A DNA stretch of 63,571 nt, filler included, from Octopus bimaculoides (taxonomy: Eukaryota), in NCBI RefSeq assembly GCF_001194135.2. It is 5 parts of 5 records of this genome, joined end to end, with 100 filler letters (N's around TTAATTAATTAA, not from the genome) between each part and the next. Parts side by side here need not be neighbours in the genome. Positions count along the whole stretch, not along the records: positions 1 to 27,254 come from NC_068986.1; 4 more parts are not named here. The stretch is one strand, 5' to 3'. The position numbers and the translations under genes were made by a program. Shown here one piece after another: positions 1-13,340 of this stretch. The notes beneath the pieces were generated by a model, which saw only the letters and a list, made by a program, of their open reading frames with translations, did not search any database and was not told where the DNA came from. The stretch's first letter is position 1. Every line of letters starts with the position of its first letter.

Positions 1-46
<46 letters not shown>

Positions 47-607
47 TGTGTGTGTGTGTTTATTCATTGTGCGATTTTGTACACAAATACTCCTGAAATA
101 CACAAATTTTACCCTGCTTTTTTAATATATGTAGGAAAGTTTGCGTTAGTCTTGCTAACATCACAGACTGCTTCTTTTAATCATTGTCTTTATCGATTTC
201 TTTATTCATTTAGTTTCCTTTAAGATACTGGCGTACTGTCAAGGTAGGTCGAGTAGAACAAATCGATCCACGACTTAGTTTTTTAAACTTTGGGATTTAC
301 CTTTTCTGTTAGTGGGGCCCACTATGATATCGATTGGGTGGTGTGGTGACAAATACACACACACACAGACACGCATACAGACACACACGCTCACATACCC
401 TCACACACAGAAACAAACGCATGTACATGCATACACACAGACACGTGTATTCACATATATATTTATATACTTGTATCTAAATGAACTGTGCAATGGGATC
501 AGAAAGAAAACGCAATGTACATTCATAATTATGCAAAGAACATAAATTAAGATATACAACAAAGTAGATACTTACAGGATTGGAAAAATGCTCAAACAGC
601 GAGAGCT

Positions 608-1522
608 TTAATTTGATGTAGACTGTAATGAATATACTGTACTTCTACTCACGTATGTCTTTTTAGAACATATGTGTTTCAAATTGTGACGAAATGATTT
701 GCTAATCCCAACATACAAAATAAAGTTGATAACATTATTAATACAAGCTATACTATCCAAAAAAGTATACATGACCATATTACTTTCATTTTGGAGTGAC
801 AACACCAAGAAATAAATAGATGCAGGAAACGTTGTTACCAGAAACAGTAAGTTTATAGCGATGACGACATAAATGGTATTTCTGGACTGCTCAGATGGAT
901 TGCGTTGAACATGCTGGCCAAGGTCGGGTCGATGGAGTATTTTATACACCAATAAAATAGAACTGATTATTAAAATCACAGCTGGTAAGAAGGAATAAAT
1001 CAAGAGTGCTGCACACAGAGTATATAGTTCATTCTTTAAAAATACTGTGAGCATTGTATACGTAACAACAACACATACACAAAGCAAAAAGAGTACGATG
1101 TAAGGCTTATAACGTCCAGAAGAATGAAATCTGGAAAACGGCCAAAAAATTGCCAACAGACGTTCGAGAGATATGATAACGGTTATCCAGGAGGAATATA
1201 TATTTATGGAAAAACTGACGGCTCCATATATTTCACTGTTATAAATACCTGTAAGTGACATTATGTCAGAATGCAAAGTTGATGATTGCCATATGATCCT
1301 TACGTAATTTAGCCAAATAACAGTGAAATCCACAACAGACAAACAATGAAGATATGGAACGATTTTAGTCTGGCGCATTTTCTTCTTCAAAAATATTACA
1401 AAAACGGCAAAATTCCCAATAGATCCAAATATTAATAAAATAATTGAAACATACTGTATACTTCTACGGAAATGTATATTTGAATCACTATGTGTCCGGC
1501 TACTATTGGGCATTGGGTCCAT
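608..1522 (-). CDS. Intronless rhodopsin-like (class A) GPCR, FMRFamide-receptor-like/orphan type, 304 aa (copy 1)
   Basis: Uninterrupted ATG-to-stop ORF with seven hydrophobic segments. Class A motifs: GSIGN (TM1), LSVVD (TM2), SLERLLAI (TM3), FLP (TM5), TTFP (TM6), NNVINFILY (TM7), SKSFR (helix 8). Confidence 0.92.
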   Translation of the reverse strand: MDPMPNSSRTHSDSNIHFRRSIQYVSIILLIFGSIGNFAVFVIFLKKKMRQTKIVPYLHCLSVVDFTVIWLNYVRIIWQSSTLHSDIMSLTGIYNSEIYGAVSFSINIYSSWITVIISLERLLAIFWPFSRFHSSGRYKPYIVLFLLCVCVVVTYTMLTVFLKNELYTLCAALLIYSFLPAVILIISSILLVYKILHRPDLGQHVQRNPSEQSRNTIYVVIAINLLFLVTTFPASIYFLVLSLQNESNMVMYTFLDSIACINNVINFILYVGISKSFRHNLKHICSKKTYVSRSTVYSLQSTSN

Positions 1523-1711
1523 TTCGTTTCGGTACTATCTTTTTCCGATTAATCCACAGGTTAAGCAATCCTAATAGCTCGAATAAATAAATGCAACGAT
1601 TTCCTAATATAAAACAAATTTTAAAACTCCTCTTTCAAGTTCAGAGTTTTCCATGTTATACTGGCTGTGGATTTACTTCTAATATATAGGTATACACACA
1701 CACACACACAC

Positions 1712-1767
<56 letters not shown>

Positions 1768-2734
1768 GTATGTATGTAAGTATATAGAGATGTAGACATG
1801 GATTACGTATGTATGTTTACGTATTGAGATATGAGGTTGGACTAATTTTCATTGGTTGCGTTCTCCTACGGTTGTATGTAATATTATAATATAGTGTTTA
1901 AAATGATGATACAGTTGATGATAAAGATGATGCTGATCGTAATGGTGTTGGTGTTGGTAGTGGTATTGGTGGTGGTAGTTGTGTCGGGAAATGGGAGTGA
2001 AAATAAGGATGACTACTATTATAACCATTACATTGTAGTAATGAATATACACGTTGTTCGATGTTGGTGATGTAACGTTTTTTTAAAGATTATCAATATT
2101 GATATGCCATAAAGGTAGCAAGTCAATCAATATCCTTTTTGATGACAAATAACCGGAATGCTTCCAGTGAAATGCTTGACTACTGTTAAGTATCGGTTCA
2201 TGTTGCAGTGGTATCGTTCATTATGCTAATGCATGTCCAAACAAAAAAAGGTTGTTACATGTCAAATGAGTGCCTTGAAATATTGTTCATTTTGCCTTGA
2301 ATATATATATTTAAGAGATTAACGGATTTATATGATACGCTCCTCGGCAACCAAATCCACGTGGGAAATTTGAAATCTTGTATTATGACATTAGCTTGCA
2401 TGTATGGTGAGTTTGTCCATTGGATGTTGTTTCAAATTCAACTATCGGATACTTCTACGAGTTCATATGCTTAACAATAAACGTAAGTAAACTATATTAC
2501 AGAAATGACGTAGATATTTGTCTCATTCAATGTCAGTTTGTCACTGGACATTATATCATGTTCTGTAATTTTCTTTTCTACTGTATGATTATAGAGTATT
2601 TCTGGCAAAACGGAACCAAAATATTAATTCCTACAATTCAATATATTCCATAACTCACATATAATTGTGTGCTTTTGAAGTTAAATTGTAATGGCTGATA
2701 CTTTCTCACATAGATATGTATCTATACGCATGTG

Positions 2735-2784
<50 letters not shown>

Positions 2785-3585
2785 ATATGTAATATATATT
2801 AGACCTTAGCATTAGGTAATTTTACGAAAGTTAAAATGTTGCTGCTCCCAGCTCCTAATCCAGTTTTAATAGACAACAAAACGGGGTATGCAAAGTCTCA
2901 GCTTAAACGGACAACTATGAGGTGACCCTCAAACGCCTGGAAATTGGAACGTAGTATACGCAACTATTAATTCTGTTCAAAAGCAATATACTGTTCCCTT
3001 TCTTGACCATTATCTCTTTTCGCCTTAGAGAAATTTCTGTAGACACATCCAGGCAACCCCAACACATGTTTAAAAAACGTTCTGAATGAAACAATTTGAA
3101 AAACGTAAGAAATATTAGGTTTTCTTAATAAAACTCACAACCTATATTCGAGAAACGCATTTTCGTTTACAACAATAATTTCTATAGAATTAAAAACATA
3201 ATGTGAACACTGGTTACTGAATATTGAACATTATTTTTGCATAAGAGGTTTAGAGGTAGTTGCGTATGTTTTAAGGTTTTCGGTAACGATCTGTAAAACA
3301 AATTATTTCTCACATTCAACTTTGTGAGAATGTTATTGCAATCCTGAATGATTTTGACACCACTTTCTGCAACACCATTCTCAGCAACTGTCTACTCAAG
3401 ATTTTCAAGTCCTCTTTTATAACCAGGATCATCCTTCCATGTAGAATGGTCTCTGTTGATGAAATCACTGCTGATAGAAATTCTCGTGAAGAAAGTTTTT
3501 GTAGCAGGAGTTACAAAAGACCAAAACTCGATGTTTGTAAAGGAATAAAAGTCATTTTGGTGCAGAATGTACCTCTTTAGATGAT

Positions 3586-3711
3586 TTCTTCTTCTTCTTC
3601 TTCTTCTTCTTCTTCTTCTTCTTCTTCTTCTTCTTCTTCTTCTTCTTCTTCTTCTTCTTCTTCTTCTTCTTCTTCTTCTTCTTCTTCTTCTTCTTCTTCT
3701 TCTTCTTCTTC
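3586..3711. repeat. (TTC)n/(GAA)n microsatellite
   Basis: Pure trinucleotide run. It produces the poly-K and poly-E ORFs in the track. Confidence 0.98.
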
Positions 3712-4140
3712 ACCTTTGTCTGCTTCCAGCATAACTTGAGCAATATTTGCCTTCATCTTTGTTGGGACATTGCCATCAAATGTGGACAGAGCCACAATTT
3801 TGTTTGCTAAGTACCAGAGATAAATGGAATTTTTTTCGGAGAATGCTTACCGATTTGTGGATCAATTTCCTAATAATTTAACAGTTGATGCATGAATAGG
3901 AAATCGTTATAATGTGCTTTAATTGATTCTGATGACAGAATCCATGCTCGAACACCCTCCAGAAAATATACTGGTGCACCAGCATGACCGCAGCCACTTG
4001 GCTGAAACACATAAATAAATAAATTCCACTTAAGGGTTTTTTCTCCCCAGGAGATAACTGAAGTTGATCTTGAAACAAGTATATCCTGAATGCATAAATT
4101 GCTTTTGAAATCCACCTAGCATCACTTAAATCTCCTAGTG

Positions 4141-4523
4141 TTGTTGTTGGCACTCCGTCGCTTACGACGTCGAGGGTCCAGTTGATTCGATCAACGGAAC
4201 AGCCTGCTCGTGAAATTAATGTGCAAGTGGCTGAGCACTCCACAGACACGTGTACCCTTAACGTAGCTCTCGAGGATATTCAGCGTGACACAGTGTGACA
4301 AGGCTGACCCTTTGAATTACAGGCACAACAGAAACAGGAAGTAAGAGTGAGAGAAAGTTGTGGTGGAAGAGTACAGCAGGGTTCGCCACCATCCCCTGCC
4401 GGAGCCTCGTGTAGCTTTAGGTGTTTTCGTTCAATAAACACTCACAACGCCCAATCTGGGAATCGAAACCGCGATCCTATGACCGCGAGTCCACTGCCCT
4501 AACTACTGGGCCATTGCGCCTCC
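4141..4523 (-). mobile_element. Full-length tRNA-derived SINE (family A1)
   Basis: Minus-strand head GGAGGCGCAATGGCCCAGTAGTT (A box) and GGTTTCGATTCCC (B box); ends in a (CAA)n tail. The same head recurs at ~53210-53262 and the same 3' half at 36656-36840. Confidence 0.85.
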
Positions 4524-5931
4524 CAAGCTCCTAGTATATGAATGCATAAATTGCTTTTGACATCCGCCTAGCATGACTTAAAGCTCCTGGTGTACGAAAT
4601 GATATCCGGTTCTTCAGACATTTGCCATGAAAGATCATCGTTAACTCCAACAATTCTCGGTAATCATTTCGCTGTTGCTATTTCTGCGTAGGAAGATGGT
4701 ATTCAAGAAATCCAAGAATGGTAGAGTGAATATCATCAAGCACTTCACTGCCAGTAGTTATGTAAACCTTCCTACTGAGTTTCTTCCAGGTTTCTTTAAA
4801 TCTTTTGAAAAATGCTGTCTGGACAAGAAGTTGCGCCTATCAGAGACTCAAAACAGATCCTAAAAATTAACTCAAAAATATGATAACGGCAAGAGAAGTA
4901 CAATGGGTCGCAATTGAACAATTTTTCTAGATTTGCACAGGCGCCACTCACTCGGCCTATGTTGCTTGCTGTCGTGTCTGAATTTTGTCGGTTATACACT
5001 TACTTCTCCACGGCTTGTAAAATAGCCATGGCTTGCTATTCTTCTGAAGATGTTAGAATTTCAGGGACTCACAACATTTTCTCTTTGCCTTGAAAAGTTA
5101 ATATTATTGCCAATTTATCAACCTTTTCAACGCCTGTGAATCCTTGGAACAGCTTTCCATCCCAGTGCAGCACTAATTCTTGATAGTCGTTTAGGTTAAA
5201 TTTGTGCTGTATTTCTGTCTCACTTCTTTCGCTTTTGTTATAAGGCGTTGAAAATATGTATACAAAGCTCATAATATAAAAGAGGAGTTATGAACATGAT
5301 ATTACAACTTTGTTAGAGATAGCAAAACAACAGGGGAGGATCTATATCATAATGCCCCACAACAAAATCAATGAGTGCTTACAAGTTATTACAAATATAT
5401 TAACTTTTATTTACAGACGCTGACAAATATTAGTTCACTGTTCATCACTAACGTATATTTCTTAATATTCTATTTCTCAACACTACCATTAGGTGCAGTA
5501 CAGTTCTTTCAATGGACAAACGCAACTCACTCGCATACGGCCGAACACTGACTGGATGACAATGAAAAATAGGTGTTTGCTCAATACCTGTGCTCTGTCC
5601 CCAGCTTTGCAACTTGCCTTCCTCCCATTATATTTATTGTCACTTATCCTTCTATTACCAAGAATAAGTTTTTAATTTAAGAGAAAATTATATCAGATAA
5701 AAAAAAATCTGGGAAAATGACAAACTTCAAAATTTCATGGTTGACGAAGGTGACCTCGCATTTGTTCGATTAAGCTAAAATTGTGCATAGTTTGATATTT
5801 TGTTACTTGGAACAGGAGTAGGTGTGGAGTTAACATTTGAAAAATAAAGGCCACCCTGATACATATATATATATATATATATATTGTAAAAAAGAGAGAG
5901 TGAGTGAGAGAGAGGGCGACAGATTTATATT

Positions 5932-5996
<65 letters not shown>

Positions 5997-6325
5997 AATG
6001 CAGCCTCACTCGCCAGCAAATTGGAGGTGAACACATATCTCAATGTCATCGGCGTGAAAAATTATTAAGAAGCTAGGATATTTTCCTACTTTTCTTAGTG
6101 TGAAAACAATGGGAGCCATATTTCACAAATAAAGAAATTATAGTCACCAATGCGGTGTTGAGGACTCATTTTCATCGTTTGCCCTGATTGTCTTATTAAT
6201 ACTTACATGTACCACGTACTCGCGTCGTTGTTTTTTTATGTCCTTTTTCTCCGTTTTTTTATTAACTATATATATATACTTGTTTTGCAAGATTTTTTAT
6301 GTGAAATCGTGTGTTGAAACAGATG

Positions 6326-6598
6326 TTGTTGTACTTGGGGATGGTCATATTGCCAGTTTAGCCAATAAAAATACAAAATGGCTGATAGTTAGCAAGGTGA
6401 GACACACATAAGAAAGAAGGAAACAAAGGACCACTGATGAGGTCACAGAAGTGTGACGAAAGAACTCTGGCCGAAATAAGATTAAGATTAAGATTAATGT
6501 AATATAAAGCTGAAAAAAAAAAAAAATTAACACCAAATATACAGTGCGTGTGTTTTTATTGGCTAAACTGGCAATATGACCATCCCCAAGTACAACAA
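6326..6598 (+). mobile_element. Short Penelope-like non-autonomous element bounded by a perfect 46-bp inverted repeat
   Basis: 6326-6371 is the exact reverse complement of 6553-6598. Contains an internal hammerhead motif. The 3' end resembles 49870-49925. Confidence 0.65.
6428..6472 (+). ncRNA. Minimal type I hammerhead ribozyme motif
   Basis: GGACCA-CTGATGA-G-GTCACA(gaag)TGTGAC-GAAA-G(aa)C-TC-TGGCC. All core bases are present, with one extra nt after A9, a 6-bp stem II and a 5-bp stem I with one bulge. Confidence 0.72.
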
Positions 6599-7461
6599 TA
6601 TATATATATACACATATGTATATATTAGAAAAAAATAACGTACTTAGAGATCTCGATGGTTGTACATTTACAGATTTTTATTAATATGTCACATGTTTTT
6701 ATAAATCATAAATTAGCGCTTGCTTCTATTCTAGTAGAATCTCCACATTAAAATTTTTTTGAGGGGATTCGTCTCTTTTTATAGTANNNNNNNNNNNNNN
6801 NNNNNNNNNNNNNNNNNNNNNNNNNNNNNNNNNNNNNNNNNNNNNNNNNNNNNNNNNNNNNNNNNNNNNNNNNNNNNNNNNNNNNNNNNNNNNNNNNNNN
6901 NNNNNNNNNNNNNNNNNNNNNNNNNNNNNNNNNNNNNNNNNNNNNNNNNNNNNNNNNNNNNNNNNNNNNNNNNNNNNNNNNNNNNNNNNNNNNNNNNNNN
7001 NNNNNNNNNNNNNNNNNNNNNNNNNNNNNNNNNNNNNNNNNNNNNNNNNNNNNNNNNNNNNNNNNNNNNNNNNNNNNNNNNNNNNNNNNNNNNNNNNNNN
7101 NNNNNNNNNNNNNNNNNNNNNNNNNNNNNNNNNNNNNNNNNNNNNNNNNNNNNNNNNNNNNNNNNNNNNNNNNNNNNNNNNNNNNNNNNNNNNNNNNNNN
7201 NNNNNNNNNNNNNNNNNNNNNNNNNNNNNNNNNNNNNNNNNNNNNNNNNNNNNNNNNNNNNNNNNNNNNNNNNNNNNNNNNNNNNNNNNNNNNNNNNNNN
7301 NNNNNNNNNNNNNNNNNNNNNNNNNNNNNNNNNNNNNNGTACCAAATGAGAATGATTCTCTCCAGGCACAACAGTGTATTAATATAAATATATATATATG
7401 TTTGTATACACACTCACACACATATATATTCGGAGATGAAATGTGTGTAAAACAGCTACAA

Positions 7462-7493
<32 letters not shown>

Positions 7494-7759
7494 GGGGAGA
7501 GAGAGAGAGAGAGGGGGAGAGAGAGAGAGGGGGGGAGGGAGAGAGTATGTCATATGGGGAAAGTCACATGTAACACTGATGGGCCGTTTTTTCCCATTGG
7601 TATGTTTAATCGTCATAAAGATGATCGTGATGGAGAAGATCATAGTGAATATCAAGACGATGACATTCAGGAAAATGATGCCGATGCCGCCTTTGGTACG
7701 TGATGACAATGACCATATTGGTACTTACTAGGATGAAGATGGAAGTGTGTGTGTACTTT

Positions 7760-9830
7760 CTACATTGACCACAAAATGTTCGTATTTCCCACTTGAAATC
7801 GTCATATTTGTTTATTTTTCCTTCTTTCACAGTGATTCTGTTGTCGCCGTAGCACGCTACGTAGATTTCTCTTTAATCACCGGCTACCGAAGTCTGGTCG
7901 AGTTATCGTATTGGATCATTGCATCCCACAGGATTTTGCAATTTTAATTTTCTGTGACTCCTGGAGTTTACTCATACTACGCCTTTGCACTTTGAAGGAC
8001 CTGTTTGTCATAGCGACTTTGGTATTCGCATTGTGTCAATTTCGAACATTCGCTAACGATGTGCCATACCGCTTCACCCCTCTCACCACACATTCTGCAT
8101 TTTTCGCTTCGCCAAACCAATTACATTTGTATTTGATGTAACTAGTTCTTAATGTTTACTCTTGGGCAGCACAGATTAGAGCCACTGTTCCCGGTTTTAA
8201 ATCAATTTTAGTCATCCATAGTCAACATTTTTCTGTCGGTCTTATCTTCAACATCCCTATGAAATTGTCCATGCATTCTTTTCTTTATCCACTTAGTTTC
8301 AGTTTTATTCATTCTCAAGTGCCTGTAGAACGCATTATCTTTGTAATCGTCCATCCTACACGAGCCTGACATTCTGACTTCCAATAATAGTGGTTCTGTA
8401 GCATCTTTTACACATCATGCTATGTTGTTTTCTACTACTGTAATGCTGTGTTCGCATCCCATCAGCCCTCTTCCCCCTCTTTTTCTTCATACATACACTC
8501 TGCTTGTATCCTTTTTTGGATGGAGTATCCCATATCTATGCAGCAACTTCCCTGTCTTTCTGTCTAAGCTGTTTAGTTCTTCTACTGTTCATGCGATTAC
8601 CTCTGCTCCGTATCTAAGGAGTGAAACCGCTCAGGTGTTGATAGCTTTGATCTTATTCCGTCTGTTTAATTTCTTCTTAAGTATCAGTTTCAGTCTGCGG
8701 AAGTACTCCACCTTAAATTTTTCTGTCATTTCTTTCTCCACCAATTTATCCATTTCGAATGTCCCTGAGTACTTATAGCCCGTGTCTTCTATTTGTTTCA
8801 TAACTTCCCTCGATGGTATCGCTAGCGTGTCCATAAATTTCATTTTGCTTCTCTTTAAGTCTAACACACCACACGTTTTCAGTCCGAACTCCATTTTGAT
8901 ATCAGCAATGAAAGTATACACCATATCAACGAGGAAACTGATTTGGGATTCATGAATAATGTGTGGTTGACTTTCTGTTGGCGGCTTTTGAATTCATACC
9001 CAGCTTTTGTTTACTCAGAATCAGTGTTAGTATTATCATGCACAGTGCAAATATCAGTAGGGGCAGGTAGTCTCCCTGGAAGATGCCTCTCCAGATTTTT
9101 ATTGTCTCTAAACTTCTTCCATATGCTGTCAGTTCCGTCGTCCTCTTCCCAAGCAATCGTTCAACATTCGATGCAATACCAAACAGGTTCATATATTCCA
9201 TGATCCGAGAATGTGGGATCATATCGTATGCCTTACGATTATCAATCCATGACATGGCTAAGTTACTTTTCCTCCTCTTGCACTCTCTAAGTACAGTTTT
9301 GTCTTCCAGGAGTTGATCCTTGGTACCTCTGAACTTACGCTTGCACCACTTCTGCTCATGTAGCTTGACTCCATTTTTTTTTTTCAGATGTCCGTACATT
9401 GACTCTGTGACTATTTCAGTCAATAATTTCCACATAAGAGGAAAGCAGGATAATGACATGTGATTGCCTTTTTGAATGTTTTTCAAACACAGCACTGTCC
9501 TACTCATTGTCAATTTCTCTAGTGTTACTTCGTCGGCATTTAACATGGTGTTGAGTTTTGTAGCTATTCGTGCATGACACTCACCAGATAGCTTCATCCA
9601 GTAGTCTCAAACTCTATCTGGTCCCGGGGCCATCTAGTCGCCCATTTTTTGCTAATTTCCTTTACTTGCCTAACTGAAATGTGTAGTTCCGTCTGTTGTG
9701 GGCAGACGACTGTTTGTTTCAGTTCTTGCAACCATCCAGCATCCTTCTTGTGGTCCATGTCTTCGCTCCATAGATTCTGGACGCCTGTTTTGAAAGTTCT
9801 CAGAGCCCATCCAGCCATTCGCTTTCACTT
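7760..9830 (-). mobile_element. Decayed, 5'-truncated R4/Dong-clade non-LTR retrotransposon
   Basis: RT motifs WIDNRKAYDMIPHS, RGIFQGD.LPLLIF and KYSG; downstream CRMCGERGEAVWHIVSEC (CCHC knuckle) and KINKYDDFKWEI (restriction-like endonuclease region). Multiple stops. Confidence 0.85.
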
Positions 9831-9859
9831 TGCCACCATCTTGGTAGTAGGCAGTTGAA

Positions 9860-10451
9860 TCGAGGCGTTGTTCCTCATATATGAATACCCTGATCACGCA
9901 CTGTACTTGCGTACGGGACTGCCGTTCCATTTGGTCCAAAATACTGTTTTTTGCGGCATCCGGCCCTGACAAGCTGATAGCGGAAGGCTTGGAACTTACA
10001 GGCATCAAATTGCATGTTCTTTTCTTCAATCCATTTATACATGGAATCCAGGTCTTTCTTTAGAAGATCTGAAACAGAATGTTCCTTTTTTGCTTGTAGT
10101 ACTTGTGTCGTTGGCATAACTAGTAAGTGTATTTGTCTATGTAAGTAATGGCATGTCCGAGAGAGCCACCATAAACCTAAGCAGCCCCTAGACATTTCTC
10201 CGAGGCAATTCATTCGCTATTAATGCATCAAATCAAGGAATACACACCCAGGTTTGAGTGATTCATTAGTGGTTTCGTCACCCATCATAATACTGCAAAT
10301 GCTGTGTAAGGCAGCTATTCTCTGAGAGGAAACCATGCTAGGTGTCAAGGACCAAGACATTATCTTAGAGGAATACGATCGGTTTCTACCTCAAAATGCG
10401 TTCCATAAGTAGCTGACATGGGAGGTTAGAGAGAGAGAGAGTAAGAGAGAA

Positions 10452-10510
<59 letters not shown>

Positions 10511-11230
10511 TAGAGAGAGAGAGAGAGAGAAAGAGACAGACAGACAGATAGACAGAGAGAGAGTTCTATAACTTTTAGCATCTACGCTGCAAACCCCCTC
10601 ATGGATAAGACATATTATGCCTTCGTTTAACTTTCTGGAAATCCTCCCAGTTGCGAGGAGGCTCTGGAAGAGGATCTGAAGTAGTTTTGCTAGAGCCCCT
10701 TTGCATTTGTTTTGGAGTTTTCTGGGAATCTATCAGATTCTGTGGCTTAGTCTCAGCTCATTTCCTCAATGGCTGATATTATATCCGTTTTCTCTATGTC
10801 CATGCTATCACTAATCGCAATTAACTCGTTGTTTAGGGCAATCGTGTCAAAGAACTCATCATACATAGCTATATGTATCTGCCGCAATGGAGTTGTGAAA
10901 ACATTCTTTTATTGCACATTCATATTTCACTGATATTCTACGGGTCTACAGTCGGTGAGCCATTTTCTCTGAACAGTGTTCCTAGCCTCTACTGACGCAG
11001 GTTCTTTTGCAAATCTATAGAAGGCTTTACGATTTGTTTTTTTTTATATTCTACACAGCCCTCGCTTTTTTTCTTTGCCCTTTCCTTTTCATGGGAGTGT
11101 TTGAGTTCATTTTCGACCTCGGGCAATGTTTGTTTGAGAAAATCACCTTTGCTATCCATTATTGGCCCATTTAGAGATCTTTTGCTCGTAGCCTCGTTAA
11201 AATCTTCTATTCCCTGAGAATTCTATTTAT
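9860..11230 (-). mobile_element. Decayed CR1/L2/jockey-type LINE reverse transcriptase relic
   Basis: LAKLLQILFQSLLATG..DAKSYR (RT N-terminus, ~10570-10700) and LKKDLDSMYKWIEEKNMQFDACKFQ...VRDQGIHI (RT C-terminus). An (AG)n tract lies at ~10425-10563 between them. Confidence 0.75.
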
Positions 11231-13069
11231 ACGTATCTTATATATACTTGTATGGATATATACATTTATAGATGCATGCAAACAAACATCTATATGTACA
11301 CGGATATACATCTATACATATCCCGGCGTATGTGCACACAATTCTTTTTACATTCACACACACACACTTACGCTTGTTTGTGCATATGTATCAATATATA
11401 TATATGTTCATTCAAATTCACAAACAAATACATATGCCAAACATAACCAATAGGCACATACATCCATGCGTATATACACATATATATACTTACACATTGA
11501 AATATATCTGCACAAACATTGCCAGATACATATGATTTTCTATATACACGCACACCTATAAAAGCATACACATACATTCGAACTCATGTAAACATACATA
11601 TAACCGTAAACACAGTTAAACTCTAAATGGTTTCTCTCCTAGACCACACACGTACGTAAATCCCTACGCACGTACATAATATATCACCAATTATTATAAC
11701 ACTTTAAACTTAATTACTAACGTTAGAAAATGAGTAAAGAATAAATAAAGAGAATAAAGTGAGTAAAGAATATATTTTAAAAATGGTAACAAAAGGTAAA
11801 TATAATCGTTTGAATGTAAGTACTGATAATTCGATCCATATATGACGACAATTAAACAACATAAAGCCATTTACAAAGAAAAAAATTTAGTTCCGTAGAA
11901 AACGTTAAGAACAGAGCTTGTATAGGTTGACAGATTATAACTAATGAAACTTGCATGGCTGATACTATTATTGATTATTTAGTATAACGATTGTGGAGAA
12001 TATATATTGTTAAACAAACTTTAAATAACCACTCATATTACGCTTAGTTTGTACGCCGCCTCGTCAAATGAGTAAACCAATTATTAGATATTTATATGGC
12101 AACACTCTCTTTATAATATGCAGACATCTGATAATCACATCGAACAAGGATGCTTTTGCATTTTCTCATAGCAAGCGCCTCAAAGAAGCTTTGTGTGCAA
12201 ACTATAGTATTCTGCGTTTTCGTTCAAATGTCTTAATTAGACAATACCCTAGGACTATTGTAGGAAACTGTTTTGACTATAGAATTAATCATAGTCTTGG
12301 ATTAGTGGAATTTTTTTTTCACATAGTAGAAGCTTACGTTTGGCTTATGATATGTTCTATATAAACTAGTATTAATCACTAGCTTAAAATCAAATACATT
12401 AGTCACACTCTGTTCTTCCTCGATGGCTATAGATGTGCCCGTATTTTTAAAGAAATTTCCTAAGTCGTAATTCAGACTCTTACTTTTCTTCGTTGTAACG
12501 GTTCAAGGAAATGAACAGCCCGCCGTCCATCTTGCAGAGCACTCGTAGCCTCTTGAAAATAATTTTTAATTTAATGAAAATATAAATACTAATCTTGTAA
12601 CTCCTTATTGAATCTGTAATTTCCCATCGTCACATCCTCACACTCGACGGAATTTGAACCCAACACTTAAAGAGCGTTCAAGAAATGTCGTAAAGTCTCT
12701 ACTCAATTCCCTCCGACGCATGTACATATTGATTTTAAAAATATGATTTCCGTAGGATTTCACGTCTTCTGTAGACATGACAGTTGTGCTACCATTGAAC
12801 AAAAGACTGCATTTGTCATTTTTGCATCCCAGGGGAGAGAATAAGACGAATGGAGTTCAATATTTATTCACTAATATTTTTAGTTTCATCTGAACTATTT
12901 CTGTTTATGTATATTTGTGAATATGTGTGCGTGTGCGTGTGTGATTGCGTGTACACGTGTACATGTGTGTATGTGTATGGATGAATGTGTGCGTGTGTGT
13001 GCGTGCATATATAGTTACGCACGCACGCACAAACACAAACACAAAATGAATTGATATTACTTTTAAGTA

Positions 13070-13340
13070 ATAAAAGTTTAGAATAGGAGGCACGTAGATA
13101 TCATAGGAATTCGCATATCCACTGGGATAGCAGAGCTACTGGGTAAGATTTTAGAAGATACGATTCTTGGAGCGAAGAGAGCAGAGATAAGCGGTGATAT
13201 ACGTATGGAAGATCCTAGAGGGATTGGCACTAAACTTGTCATCGAAAGTCATACCAGCCTCGGGAAAGATGTCATTGTACTGTTCTAAGTTTCCGTCTAG
13301 TGTGCGGACCAGATACTGCAGTAGCTTGGGATTCAAATAT
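13070..13340 (-). mobile_element. Highly decayed LINE RT C-terminal fragment
   Basis: LDGNLEQ..IFPEAGMTFDDKFSAN...AY....KNRIF...YVPPILNFY resembles the DLGVTFDxKL...YVRPILEY pattern of CR1/L2/jockey RTs. Confidence 0.45.

Larger units (their letters stand above)
3240..5300 (-). mobile_element. Decayed hAT-like DDE transposase relic, interrupted by a SINE and a (GAA)n tract
   Basis: Broken-frame motifs in the expected order: LVLHWDGKLF...EKVDKL, DTTASNIG...GAC..LE, FSCRYHIFEL (CxxH), ARWISKAIY..RIYLF, and C-terminal W.DDP.Y...VAESGVKIIQD. Contains stops and frameshifts. Confidence 0.72.

Noticed and set aside
7831-7947. Plus-strand exon after a strong-looking acceptor (tttccttctttcacag)
   Set aside because: It is the antisense of the R4/Dong endonuclease region.
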